Source of the DNA: an uncultured virus (IMG/VR IMGVR_UViG_3300034106_004022)
Taxonomy: Duplodnaviria; Heunggongvirae; Uroviricota; Caudoviricetes
IMG/VR virus record: IMGVR_UViG_3300034106_004022
Location: 1-64,000 of that record
Strand: one strand, 5' to 3'
DNA: 64,000 nucleotides
How positions within the stretch are numbered: position 1 is the stretch's first letter; the number at the start of each line of letters is the position of its first letter. The translations under genes were made by a program, and so were the position numbers. Shown here piece by piece: positions 43,133 to 53,125 of this stretch. Under the pieces are notes generated by a model, which saw only the letters and a program-made list of their open reading frames with translations, had not been told where the DNA came from and ran no database searches.

Positions 43133-46100
43133 ATGGCAGATAGCAACAGTCTACTTAAAGAAAGAGTTGAGATACTAAAACAAATTAAGCAAATTCAGCT
43201 TGAGCAGGGAAAAGATGCCGCTAAGTTGGATGAAACTTATATTAAATTAAAAAGTAGATTAGAGGGAATAGTAGGTACTTTAAAGACATTTGTTGATAAT
43301 CAAAATAAAACAGTACAGGGTGCTGTTACATTAGAGCAAGAAGCTAAATCGTTGGGTACAATATACTCAGCTGTTTCTAATGAAATGCGAACTCAAGCGA
43401 TATTACAAAGAGATATAGCAACTAGTGTATCAGACCAATTAGCAAGAGGTAGTGAAATTTCTGAAAGAAATAAAACATCATCTGATATTGTAACTGATAT
43501 ATTATCACAATATAACGAACAATCATCGATAGCAAAAGAGTTAGCTCAACTAACCGCTGATGATATTGTTCAAAAAGCTGAATTAGAAGATAAATTAAAT
43601 TCAATTAGTGACCAAATTCAAGAGCAAGTTAATGCATTGGATAAGAGAACTAATGTAGCTAAACAATTTCTAAGTATTCAAGGGCAAATAGAAGCATCCA
43701 TTGAATCTCAGGTTGTAGCTGCAAGGGATATGGCATCTCTAACACAAGAACAAAAAGATATATTAGAAGAACAGGCAACTGCGTTTGATGCTATAAAGAA
43801 AAAAATAGGAGCATTAGGTTCAACCTTAACAACATTTTTACTAAGACCTCAAGCAGCTATTGGAGCATTAGTAATTGCAACTGGTGCGTTCGCCAATAAA
43901 TTTGGTGATATGAATAAAGAGTTGGGGCAATCATTCTCACAAGGATTGAACTCTTCAACTACATCCGCAACTGCATTAGGATTTATATTTGAAGATACTG
44001 CTAGTACTGTAAAATCATTAGCATCTGAATTCGGAGATGTATCTGCTGCAACATTCCAAACACAAGCTAATGTTGGGTTAATAGCTGCTAATATGGGTAT
44101 AACAAATACCGAAGCAGTTGGATTAATGGGTTCATTTGCAAGGTTGAATGGTGGTTCAACCGAAATAGCAGCAAATATGATTAAAACCACTCAGGAGTTT
44201 GCAAACCAAAATGGAATTATACCTGCCGATTTAATGGCAGATTTAGCTGGTTCAGCTGAAGAGTTTGCATTATTTGGAAAAGATGGTGGTAAAAATATAT
44301 TACAAGCAGCAGGATACGCTAAGAAATTAGGTGTAAATATGAGTACCATTAGTGGTGTTGCTGATAACCTATTGGATTTCGAATCATCTATTACTAAGGA
44401 ATTAGAATTAGGTGCAATGCTTGGTAAAGATATCAACTTAGATAGAGCTAGAGCATTAGCATATGAAGGTGATATGCAAGGTGCAATGAATGAAACCTTA
44501 AGTGCATTAGGTGGTATTGAAGCATTCAACAAAATGGATTACTTCCAAAAGAAAGCATCCGCTGATTTATTAGGAGTTTCGGTTGCAGAATTGGAAAAAA
44601 TGGCTACAAACCAAGAGAATGCCAATACAATGGGTGCTGCTGTAAATGAAACGTTTAGTGCTATGGGGGAAACCCTTAACATGGGATTAAATAAATATTT
44701 AGGTACTGGATTAGAGGGGCTTGGTGGGATGATTACAATGAGTGGTCAACTTGGCCAAGGGTTTAAATCATTGGGCATCGATATGGGTGGTATAGTTACT
44801 AAATCAGCTGATTTCTTAAAGAACTTAGTTAAGATGGGTGCACAAAAAGTAGCTGGTTTATTTGGTGGGGGTGCTACTGATGCTGTTGCTGGTGGAGCTA
44901 AAGATAAACTTTTAGCTGGTGTTGGTGATAAAGCAAAAAGTATAAAAACACCGGATACCGATGCTGGGGATAAGATGGGTAAAATGGGTAAGGGTATTAA
45001 GGCAAATGATTTAATTAAAGGAGCCGCAGCTATGTTAATTATGGCAGCCGCATTATATGTAGCAGCTAAAGCATTCCAAGAATTTGCAACTGTTAAGTGG
45101 GAAGATGTTGGAAAGGGTTTAGTTGGGGTAGCTGGTTTGGCCGCAATTGCTTATGTATTAGGAAAAGCACAAGGTGATATGATAAAAGGAGCATTGGCAG
45201 TAGCAATATTAGGATTAGCATTAGTACCATTTGCATACGCAATGAGTTTAATAAGTGGATTGGACATTGGTTCAGTAATAGCAGCTGGAGCTGGTTTAGT
45301 AATATTTGGAGCAGCTGCATTCGCATTAGGTTCATTAATGATGACTGGTGCAGGAGCATTTATATTTGGAGCTGGTTTATTAGCATTAGCTGGATTAGGA
45401 ATTGCAATGATGACATTGGGTGCTGGTTTATTAGTTGCCGCAGCTGGATTTAACGCAATTGGTGGTTCTATGGGAAGTGTAATATCATCAATATCACAAA
45501 TCGGAGATGTATTGGCTGGTATATTCGCATTTGTAGGACCAATGGCTATGTTATCACTTTCATTGGGGGTACTATCATTCGCATTGATAGGATTTGGTAT
45601 GGCTGGTTTAATAGCCGCACCTGGTTTACTTCTTGTGGGAGCTGGTATAATGATGGTTGGTGCTGGATTAACACTAATATCAACTGCACTTACTACATTA
45701 AGTGGTGGATTAGGAAGTGTGTTAGGAATACTTCCACAAATAGGAAGTGTATTGAGTGGAATGTTTGAATATGCTGGACCGATTGCTATGTTATCACTTT
45801 CATTAGGTACATTATCGTTAGCATTGATGGGATTCGGATTAGCCGGTTTAATTGCCGCACCTGGTTTACTTCTTGTGGGAGCTGGTATAATGTTGGTTGG
45901 TACTGGATTAAGTTTAATAACTACTTCACTAGCTACATTAGGTGGTGGATTGACAAGTGTTATAACGGCAATGTCAACGGTTGGTAGTGTTATTGGAGAA
46001 ATGTTCCAATACATTGCACCAATAGCCGCTCTATCTCTTGCGTTAGTAGGATTAGCTGGAGCATTGACTTTAGTAGGTGTAGCTGGTATAGCTGCATTGC

Positions 46101-46342
46101 CTGGTTTAATGGCTGTAGCTGCTGTTGGAGCAATAGCAGTTGGTGTTGGTTCAATGTTAGGAATGGGTGGTGGAGAAGGAGCCGGTGCTGAAGGTGGTGA
46201 TACCGCATTATTAGATGAAATTAAAGGTTTAAGAGCTGACCTTAGTTCTGGTAAGGTTGGTGTTTATATGGATGGAACAAAAGTATCAGCCGCAATTGGT
46301 AGAGTGGTAAATAAGGTAGGAAGTAATTCATACGCAATATAA
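43133..46342 (+). CDS. Tape measure protein
   Basis: 1069 aa with a coiled-coil N-terminus, an Ala/Gly-rich hydrophobic repeated C-terminal half and a VYMDG.KV end motif; canonical position after tube and chaperone. Confidence 0.85.
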   Translation: MADSNSLLKERVEILKQIKQIQLEQGKDAAKLDETYIKLKSRLEGIVGTLKTFVDNQNKTVQGAVTLEQEAKSLGTIYSAVSNEMRTQAILQRDIATSVSDQLARGSEISERNKTSSDIVTDILSQYNEQSSIAKELAQLTADDIVQKAELEDKLNSISDQIQEQVNALDKRTNVAKQFLSIQGQIEASIESQVVAARDMASLTQEQKDILEEQATAFDAIKKKIGALGSTLTTFLLRPQAAIGALVIATGAFANKFGDMNKELGQSFSQGLNSSTTSATALGFIFEDTASTVKSLASEFGDVSAATFQTQANVGLIAANMGITNTEAVGLMGSFARLNGGSTEIAANMIKTTQEFANQNGIIPADLMADLAGSAEEFALFGKDGGKNILQAAGYAKKLGVNMSTISGVADNLLDFESSITKELELGAMLGKDINLDRARALAYEGDMQGAMNETLSALGGIEAFNKMDYFQKKASADLLGVSVAELEKMATNQENANTMGAAVNETFSAMGETLNMGLNKYLGTGLEGLGGMITMSGQLGQGFKSLGIDMGGIVTKSADFLKNLVKMGAQKVAGLFGGGATDAVAGGAKDKLLAGVGDKAKSIKTPDTDAGDKMGKMGKGIKANDLIKGAAAMLIMAAALYVAAKAFQEFATVKWEDVGKGLVGVAGLAAIAYVLGKAQGDMIKGALAVAILGLALVPFAYAMSLISGLDIGSVIAAGAGLVIFGAAAFALGSLMMTGAGAFIFGAGLLALAGLGIAMMTLGAGLLVAAAGFNAIGGSMGSVISSISQIGDVLAGIFAFVGPMAMLSLSLGVLSFALIGFGMAGLIAAPGLLLVGAGIMMVGAGLTLISTALTTLSGGLGSVLGILPQIGSVLSGMFEYAGPIAMLSLSLGTLSLALMGFGLAGLIAAPGLLLVGAGIMLVGTGLSLITTSLATLGGGLTSVITAMSTVGSVIGEMFQYIAPIAALSLALVGLAGALTLVGVAGIAALPGLMAVAAVGAIAVGVGSMLGMGGGEGAGAEGGDTALLDEIKGLRADLSSGKVGVYMDGTKVSAAIGRVVNKVGSNSYAI

Positions 46343-46343
46343 T

Positions 46344-47918
46344 ATGGCACAAACATTAGAAGAATTATTTAAAAGTAAACAATTAGCATCTCAGGATGGT
46401 AAAACTGCTGCCGTTGCTTATGATGTACGAAATAGTAAAGATATTAGGATATCTACTACTGATTTATTAGTAAATAATACTGGATTTGCAGCTGCAAGAT
46501 TATTAAGAAAAGTAATTGGTGTAAGAAGAAGTGAAACTTTATTAGAAGAAGAGTTGACAGGAGTTCGTATAATCAGAGGATTATCAACACCTGTAATATA
46601 TGGTAATGAACTAACGAGAATTACACTAAGAACTACACCAATGTTGGATGCTATGAAATCAGCTACATCGGGTGAATTGAGTGATAGCGGTAAGATTGGT
46701 GGAAAGGTTTCAAAATTAAGAGATAGTGTAAATTCTAAATTAGGTATTCCAATAGGAGCAACTCCAACTTATGTAGTTGGTAAATTGATGGCAGGTGGAA
46801 CGCTTGGTACTGAAAAAATAAATTTAGGATTGGTTCAAGATAGAATGAATGATTTAGCTGCAATTAAAAAATCAGCCGAAGGTTCATTATTAGGTAAGTT
46901 ACTAAAAGGTTTAGGTGGTGGTAATTTAAAAACTATTGGTAAACAAGCATTAGGAGCCGCTATAAAACTTGGTAAAGATGCGCTTAGAAATAAACTATTT
47001 GGAGGTTCGGAACGTACTGGATTAAAAACAGAAGGAACTGTAATTGTAAAGGGTAGTGTTACTGGATTTACTAAAACCAGTACTGATTTTTTTGGAGTTG
47101 TTTCAACTAATTATGGATTTGATAAAGATGCAACTCCATCAACTAAACCTGAAAATGGACAGCTTGATGCAAAAGGTGCATCTTATACTAAAACAATATT
47201 TCCAGAAGGAGATACACCTAAAGATAGAAATGATTTATCATATAAGCAGGAATTAGAATTCAAACCAATTATATTCTCAAAAGAACCTGATAAAATAAAA
47301 AAATTCTCAGAATCTAAAAAACAATCTAAGTGGGATAAGACTACATTTTTAGAAACTGATAAGCGTGGTATGTACACCAATAGGGATATAATAAATGAAT
47401 TGGATGTAAATGCAAAAAATGAAGATGCTGATTTTGTTGCTTTAAGATTTCAATCAGTAGCTGATAAAAAGCTTGTTCAATTTAGAGGTACAATTACCGC
47501 ATTAACTGAAACAATGTCACCAAGTTGGGATTCTAATAAATTTATAGGTTCACCATTTAATTATTATACATATACTGGAATTGAACGTAGTGTTAGTTTT
47601 AATTTTAAAGTATTTTCTTTAAATGAAGCTGAACATACAATTGCTTGGAAAAAATTAGATGCGTTGACTGGTATGACTTATCCAACTGCATATTCTGGGT
47701 TATCTGTTACACCACCTTTAATGTATTTTACAGTGGGTAACTTATATAAAGGTAAAGAGGCATTTATAGATTCATTATCATATACAATTGATGATAATTA
47801 TCCTTGGGAAATTAAAAAAGGTATGGTATTGCCAATGATAGTTGATGTTGCTATTAGTATGACACTAATTGAAAGTAAATCAACAACTTATAACAAATCA
47901 AAATATGCATATAAATAA
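46344..47918 (+). CDS. Baseplate / tail tube initiator-like protein
   Basis: 524 aa after the tape measure gene. The C-terminal FRGTITALTETMSPSW...YTYTGIERSVSFNFKV...PP...FTVGNLY...IDSLSYTID..PWEI domain resembles tube-fold initiators. Confidence 0.65.
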   Translation: MAQTLEELFKSKQLASQDGKTAAVAYDVRNSKDIRISTTDLLVNNTGFAAARLLRKVIGVRRSETLLEEELTGVRIIRGLSTPVIYGNELTRITLRTTPMLDAMKSATSGELSDSGKIGGKVSKLRDSVNSKLGIPIGATPTYVVGKLMAGGTLGTEKINLGLVQDRMNDLAAIKKSAEGSLLGKLLKGLGGGNLKTIGKQALGAAIKLGKDALRNKLFGGSERTGLKTEGTVIVKGSVTGFTKTSTDFFGVVSTNYGFDKDATPSTKPENGQLDAKGASYTKTIFPEGDTPKDRNDLSYKQELEFKPIIFSKEPDKIKKFSESKKQSKWDKTTFLETDKRGMYTNRDIINELDVNAKNEDADFVALRFQSVADKKLVQFRGTITALTETMSPSWDSNKFIGSPFNYYTYTGIERSVSFNFKVFSLNEAEHTIAWKKLDALTGMTYPTAYSGLSVTPPLMYFTVGNLYKGKEAFIDSLSYTIDDNYPWEIKKGMVLPMIVDVAISMTLIESKSTTYNKSKYAYK

Positions 47919-47929
47919 AATAAAAGTAT

Positions 47930-48220
47930 ATGGCAAGTAGATACGAAAATACAGAAATCAGAAATACTAATGATGGTAGACGAGTATATCGTTCAAAGAT
48001 ATACCCTGATATTCCATTAAGTGATACTGATATCTATGTAGTTACTGAATCAGATGATAGATTTGATACTCTAGCATATCAATACTATGAAGATGCATCA
48101 CTTTGGTGGATAATTGCATCTGCTAATAATATACATGATGCACCATTTGGAATTCAAGATGGAACTGTATTAAGAATACCTACAAATTATATAGAGATAA
48201 GCAACAATTTTAATCAATAA
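47930..48220 (+). CDS. LysM-like baseplate wedge protein (gp53 / tail X-like)
   Basis: 96 aa with DRFDTLAYQYYEDASLWWIIASANNI...G..LRIP. Confidence 0.8.
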   Translation: MASRYENTEIRNTNDGRRVYRSKIYPDIPLSDTDIYVVTESDDRFDTLAYQYYEDASLWWIIASANNIHDAPFGIQDGTVLRIPTNYIEISNNFNQ

Positions 48221-48223
48221 GTT

Positions 48224-49759
48224 ATGTCAACATTTCCAAATTTCTCTCAAATAAAAAGTGGAATTACATCCAAGTTAGATGGTAGAAAGGGTAATTCATT
48301 TAAAGTATCAGGTTTAAACGCGTGGGTTAGATTAACATCTGGAGCAAGTCCGGGTTTAACAATGTATTCAAATCCAAATGTAAAACTATTTGATGCTGCT
48401 GGTATTTATGGTAGCTCTAATTCATCTGGTATTATTGGAACTCGTTGGGATGGTAAATCTGCTGTTGGTGGTGGTAGTAGTGGACCTCAAAGACCTGCTG
48501 CTATTGTAACTTCATTAGAAATTGATGAAGGTGCAGGAAATCTTTCTAGAAAAGCAACATTTTCAATTACTTGTTTTAGTAAATCGCAAATGGAGGAATT
48601 ATCTAAATATTTCTTAGAACCGGGTTATTCCATATTCATTGAATGGGGTTGGAACACTGCTGCTGGAGTTGGTGGATTGGTTGGATTAAATGCGGCAACT
48701 GTATCATCATTTCAATCATTTCAAAAAACTGATGCACAAAGAAAAACGGGAGGTTATGAATACGATAACTACTTAGGATTTAATACTGGTGGAAGTATTA
48801 GTATAGATGGTGATAAATGGATTATTAGTGGCAAATGTACGGGATATACAGAGTTACCATCGTATTTAGTTACATCTGAAACTGGTGTTCAAAAGGATGG
48901 TGATGAAGGTACATTAGCAAGCGAACCTATTTATGGTGAAAATGATATAGAAACTGCTGGTGAAGCTGCTCTTGGTAAACAAAGATGGATGAAGTGTTAT
49001 AATTCACTTCCTGGTACAAGACAAACAGCTCATGTAAAAGCTTTGCAAGATTCTTTATCTGATGTAAATAATTTTATAGGATTTGATGAAGAGGTATCTG
49101 GGATGGTTAATGATTCAACTGATGGTAAAAGTTTATTTGGTATTACATTTGCTGAAAGTAAACTACTTGTTGGTGGTGAAAAAGTTTCATTTCCAAAAGG
49201 AACTAAAATTGTATCTGAGCAAAAATTTATAAGATTTAGTGCATTAATGGAAATATTTAATGCAATTGGTGTAGAGGGATATACTTTAAATGGTGAAGAT
49301 TCTAAAATAATTTCGTTTATATTAAATACAAAAGATACTGCATGTTCTGCATTTAAACATATGTATAGTATTGATTCTACTAAATTATTTATACCAAATA
49401 AAAGTACACCAGCTATGAAATTAGCAGGAATTTCAGATGTATTACCTAATATAAATGCATTAATCAGCGCTGCAACTGTTACTGATAATAGGGTTGGTGG
49501 AGTAGTAGAATTTCCAAACTCAGGTCCATTAAATCAAAAACAAACAAATGGTGCAGATACTATTACTAAAAACCCAGAAGAGTGGGGATATTTGCATGAT
49601 TTGTATATAAATTTTGATTTTGCAAAAGGTGTAATGGATACTAAAAACTTTTTTATTAAAGATGCACTTTATCAAATTTTAAATGGAATATCATCTGCTG
49701 TAAATGGTATGTGGGATTTCCAATTAGTAGAGCATGCTGTAAATGAAACAACTACATAA
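48224..49759 (+). CDS. Probable baseplate hub-like protein, N-terminal part (interrupted by an in-frame TAA)
   Basis: 511 aa after the LysM-like gene, with RKATFSITCF...YFLEPGYSIFIEWGW. The frame continues past TAA 49757-59 without further stops into the next ORF. Confidence 0.6.
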   Translation: MSTFPNFSQIKSGITSKLDGRKGNSFKVSGLNAWVRLTSGASPGLTMYSNPNVKLFDAAGIYGSSNSSGIIGTRWDGKSAVGGGSSGPQRPAAIVTSLEIDEGAGNLSRKATFSITCFSKSQMEELSKYFLEPGYSIFIEWGWNTAAGVGGLVGLNAATVSSFQSFQKTDAQRKTGGYEYDNYLGFNTGGSISIDGDKWIISGKCTGYTELPSYLVTSETGVQKDGDEGTLASEPIYGENDIETAGEAALGKQRWMKCYNSLPGTRQTAHVKALQDSLSDVNNFIGFDEEVSGMVNDSTDGKSLFGITFAESKLLVGGEKVSFPKGTKIVSEQKFIRFSALMEIFNAIGVEGYTLNGEDSKIISFILNTKDTACSAFKHMYSIDSTKLFIPNKSTPAMKLAGISDVLPNINALISAATVTDNRVGGVVEFPNSGPLNQKQTNGADTITKNPEEWGYLHDLYINFDFAKGVMDTKNFFIKDALYQILNGISSAVNGMWDFQLVEHAVNETTT

Positions 49760-49846
49760 TTAAGAGTATTTGAAACTAATTGTATAACAAATAGTACACC
49801 ATCTACCCCATATACATTTCAATTAACTGGTCCTGATTCTATTTTT

Positions 49847-50419
49847 ATGGAAGCTAGTCTTGATTTGGATATTAGTGGAGCAAAAATGAACCAAATTATA
49901 GGAAGTAGACTAGGTCAGAGTTTAAATGGGGATACTAAACATATACCAAAAGCTTTATTTAGTAGTAAAACGGATATGATAAAGGTTAAAATGAAAAAGA
50001 AAGACCCACCTCCTAAAATTCCAACAATGGATACGGAAGATGCTAAAGAAGCTAATTTAAATTTAATATTAGGTAAATTATCATTTTATCCTAAAGTTGA
50101 ACATACTGAGCAAAGTACATTAGATGGATTGGATTTATATGATATATGTTATTTAGGTGCATTTAATGACTCATCCATATTTTCAGCATTTAAAACTGGA
50201 AAAAATACCGAAGAAAAGGGAACAGCTCCATTAATGCCGATTAATTTTTCATTTTCAATACATGGTATAAGTGGTATTAAGAGGGGTGATAAATTTAAAG
50301 TAAATGGAATTCCATCTGCATATAATAGTGGATTTTTCCAAGTGTTATCTGTAAAGCATACAATCGAAGGTATGGTATGGACAACTGAAGTTACTGGTGG
50401 ATATAGACCAAAGCGATAA
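49847..50419 (+). CDS. Probable baseplate hub-like protein, C-terminal part (same frame as 48224..49759)
   Basis: 190 aa. PINFSFSIHGISGIKRGDKF.V.GIP..Y...FQVLSVKHTI....WTTEV is a typical hub-protein C-terminus. Confidence 0.6.
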   Translation: MEASLDLDISGAKMNQIIGSRLGQSLNGDTKHIPKALFSSKTDMIKVKMKKKDPPPKIPTMDTEDAKEANLNLILGKLSFYPKVEHTEQSTLDGLDLYDICYLGAFNDSSIFSAFKTGKNTEEKGTAPLMPINFSFSIHGISGIKRGDKFKVNGIPSAYNSGFFQVLSVKHTIEGMVWTTEVTGGYRPKR

Positions 50420-50422
50420 AAT

Positions 50423-50794
50423 ATGAATTTGGATAGATATAAAAATATAATTAAATTACCATTAGAGTATAGGCCGGTAAGGGTAGTTACGCATTTACCG
50501 GAACCAAGTGATTTTGATTATAAAAAAGGGTATATAACCAGATACTTTTTACAAAAGGCAAATGATTTTGATTCACCTATATATGAAGTTAAACAAAGTG
50601 CTATGATGAAATACGCTTCTAATAGTTTTTATACTGTTGCTTCATTAGATTGGAGATTAACAGGAACTAAAGAAGAGATTAAAGCTTCAAATTCATCATC
50701 ACTTAAATTAACATCACTTAAATTACCAAAGATAGCACTATATTTACCAAATCTTATACAATTTATTAAATATAATTTGGATAATTCAAAATAA
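50423..50794 (+). CDS. Hypothetical protein
   Basis: 123 aa, tightly packed after the baseplate genes; P.P...DY.KGYITRYF motif. Confidence 0.6.
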   Translation: MNLDRYKNIIKLPLEYRPVRVVTHLPEPSDFDYKKGYITRYFLQKANDFDSPIYEVKQSAMMKYASNSFYTVASLDWRLTGTKEEIKASNSSSLKLTSLKLPKIALYLPNLIQFIKYNLDNSK

Positions 50795-50807
50795 TTTCAT
50801 ATATTTG
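50776..50807 (+). promoter_or_regulatory. Bacteroidota primary-sigma-type promoter (-33 TTTG / -7 TAnnTTTG)
   Basis: TTTG at 50776-79, a 20-nt spacer, then TATATTTG at 50800-07, upstream of the GTG at 50827. Confidence 0.7.
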
Positions 50808-50826
50808 TATATAAAATTGTGCAATA

Positions 50827-51804
50827 GTGAAAATAAGTGTTATAGTTCGTACATACAACCGACCTGATTTATTAAAAGAAGCATTGGCATCTGTCCAACT
50901 TCAATCTCATACGAATTGGGAGGTTATTATTTTTGATGATTCAGCATCTGATGTTAATTTTAACATTTATAAAGATTTTAAATCACAAAATCCTAAAAAT
51001 GATGTTTTATACCACACATCAAATACTCCATACGATTTATTTAAGAATTCTTGGAAAATTGGAGTAAAACTTGCTAATGGTGAATTGATTGTACGATTGG
51101 ATGATGATGATTTATTGGCAGAAGATACATTAGAGTACTTATCAAACACATATACACAACATACTGAGTTAGATTTCTCATATGGTTCAGCTGTATTCTT
51201 TGAGAATACTACATTACAACAAATAAATCAAACTCAAACTCCATTAGAGGCCCCAAAGACAAGAGATTTATGGACAGCATATACAATTCCTAATAATCAC
51301 CCTTGGACTCATCCTTGGAGTTGGACAACTAACTATTATGATGAACCAAAGCATTTTACATCTATAATTCATTGTAGTAAAGCAAATATTATGTGCATTT
51401 ATCACACATATGTAATGAGAACCTCATCTTTACTAAAAGTAATCGATAAATTTGATGTAACTTCTAATTTCGTTGATGATTTGGAAGTTATGGGTAGTTT
51501 AGATTATTTAGGATTAGCACACACTTCAATAAAACGAATTTTGACTTATGCTAGAGTACATAATGAAGGTAGGGTAACTGATACTGGTTTAAAAGTAAAT
51601 GGAACTGATTTGTGGAACGATATATTCCATATCAGAGATAAAGTTGACTATTTAAGAACTGAAGGATTTCAATCCAACATATATCTACCTAAATTAGATG
51701 GAAATTTTAATGAAGGTAGTATAACATCAGCACATCAGCACTATTTTTCAAATTATATCTTTAAAATAAAACAAATATCTAATAAATTTGGTAAATTCAA
51801 ATAA
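50827..51804 (+). CDS. Glycosyltransferase family 2
   Basis: 325 aa, GTG start; ISVIVRTYNRP.LL.EAL.SV..Q...NWEVIIFDD.S and a DxD-type RLDDDD motif. Confidence 0.9.
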   Translation: MKISVIVRTYNRPDLLKEALASVQLQSHTNWEVIIFDDSASDVNFNIYKDFKSQNPKNDVLYHTSNTPYDLFKNSWKIGVKLANGELIVRLDDDDLLAEDTLEYLSNTYTQHTELDFSYGSAVFFENTTLQQINQTQTPLEAPKTRDLWTAYTIPNNHPWTHPWSWTTNYYDEPKHFTSIIHCSKANIMCIYHTYVMRTSSLLKVIDKFDVTSNFVDDLEVMGSLDYLGLAHTSIKRILTYARVHNEGRVTDTGLKVNGTDLWNDIFHIRDKVDYLRTEGFQSNIYLPKLDGNFNEGSITSAHQHYFSNYIFKIKQISNKFGKFK

Positions 51805-51818
51805 TTTTCGTATATTTG
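51787..51818 (+). promoter_or_regulatory. Bacteroidota primary-sigma-type promoter, probably leaderless
   Basis: TTTG at 51787-90, a 20-nt spacer, then TATATTTG at 51811-18, ending 4 nt before the ATG at 51823. Confidence 0.7.
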
Positions 51819-51822
51819 TAGG

Positions 51823-53088
51823 ATGGTTATAGTAGAGTCACAAACTGAAGTAACGGAGTTTTTAAATTTATGGAATACTAAGACATCCATAATCATTCCA
51901 ATATGGTCTGATTTGGAAAAGCATCCTATACATAACAAATTATCATTTCTATATGTTAGATTTGATGATAAGGACTTTATTGTACCATTTAACCATATTG
52001 ATTGTAAGACTCCTACGATTGATTTGACTACTTCTAAGGAAGCAAAATGGGTAATCAACAAAAAGGGATTACTTCAATGTAATTTGGGTTTACAAAACCT
52101 AAATGATTTACAATCTGATGCATTTTTTCAACACAATAAATTATATCCGATAGGTTTTGAGGACCAACCATTTATAACTCACTATACCCGAAGAGGTATA
52201 CGAGATAATTTGGGCAAGATAGCACCTATTATGAAATGGGGTGAGTATCTTAGAGTGATATCTTCTACTTTTACTATTGGTATAGAGAATGATTGGGTTG
52301 GAGATTCGATGATTCCCCTTCTTTCAGATATAGAACATTTTGGTGTTCGGGTCGATAGGGAAAAATTTCTTGATAGATGGCCTCAAGCTTCTAAACATTT
52401 ACACAACGATATCGTTTACACCCAATACAACCCATACACCATTACATCCCGTCCATCCAACCGATTTGGTGGAATCAACTTCTCTGCCCTAAACAAATCC
52501 GATGGTACGAGAGAGGTGTTTATCCCAAAACCAAACCACATATTCCTACAAATGGATTATGATGCGTATCATCCACGTATTATTGGTAAGTTGATTGGTT
52601 ACGAATTACCCAAAACATCCGTACACCAATGGTTAGCTGACCAATATGGTTGTGAGTATGGTGAGGGTAAAGGAATTACGTTCCAATTACTATATGGTGG
52701 TATACCTGAGGAGTTTGAGCAAATACCTTATTATAAGGGTGTTAAGGAGTTCATTGAGAAGTTGTGGGATAAGAGTACCAAAGCTGGATATCTTCAAACA
52801 CAACATAGGAGAATCCCCTTAGATTGGATTGAAGGAAACAATCCGCAAAAATTGTTCAACTACCTACTTCAAGCGACCGAAACCGAATTAAATATGGAAA
52901 GGGTAGCTAAAATATTGGAATTTATCAAAGATACCGATATAGAACTTTCCCTATACACATACGATTCATTCTTATTTTCATATCCTGCTAATTCCGATGT
53001 ATCTCAAGCTAAAAAGTTAAAAGAGATAGCTGAAGGTGGTGGATTCCCCATTAATGCTAGCTGGGGAACTGATTACTCGAAACTTTAA
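51823..53088 (+). CDS. Short family A DNA polymerase-like protein
   Basis: 421 aa with T.TSRPS...INF, motif A (MDYDAYHPRI), motif B (K..TF..LYG) and motif C (YTYDSFL). Confidence 0.85.
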   Translation: MVIVESQTEVTEFLNLWNTKTSIIIPIWSDLEKHPIHNKLSFLYVRFDDKDFIVPFNHIDCKTPTIDLTTSKEAKWVINKKGLLQCNLGLQNLNDLQSDAFFQHNKLYPIGFEDQPFITHYTRRGIRDNLGKIAPIMKWGEYLRVISSTFTIGIENDWVGDSMIPLLSDIEHFGVRVDREKFLDRWPQASKHLHNDIVYTQYNPYTITSRPSNRFGGINFSALNKSDGTREVFIPKPNHIFLQMDYDAYHPRIIGKLIGYELPKTSVHQWLADQYGCEYGEGKGITFQLLYGGIPEEFEQIPYYKGVKEFIEKLWDKSTKAGYLQTQHRRIPLDWIEGNNPQKLFNYLLQATETELNMERVAKILEFIKDTDIELSLYTYDSFLFSYPANSDVSQAKKLKEIAEGGGFPINASWGTDYSKL

Positions 53089-53096
53089 TATTTATA
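53088..53096 (+). promoter_or_regulatory. Putative late promoter (ATATTTATA)
   Basis: Recurring motif, ending 29 nt before the ATG at 53126. Confidence 0.55.
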
Positions 53097-53125
53097 TAAA
53101 ATATTGTTTCAGAGAATCAGAAATT

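Noticed and set aside
43849..46208. Minus-strand ORFs over the tape measure gene
   Set aside because: Antisense shadows of Ala/Gly/Leu-rich codons.
3740..50419. Alternative genetic code (stop-codon reassignment)
   Set aside because: Genes of up to 12 kb are open in the standard code, and the only internal stop seen is TAA, the dominant true stop here.
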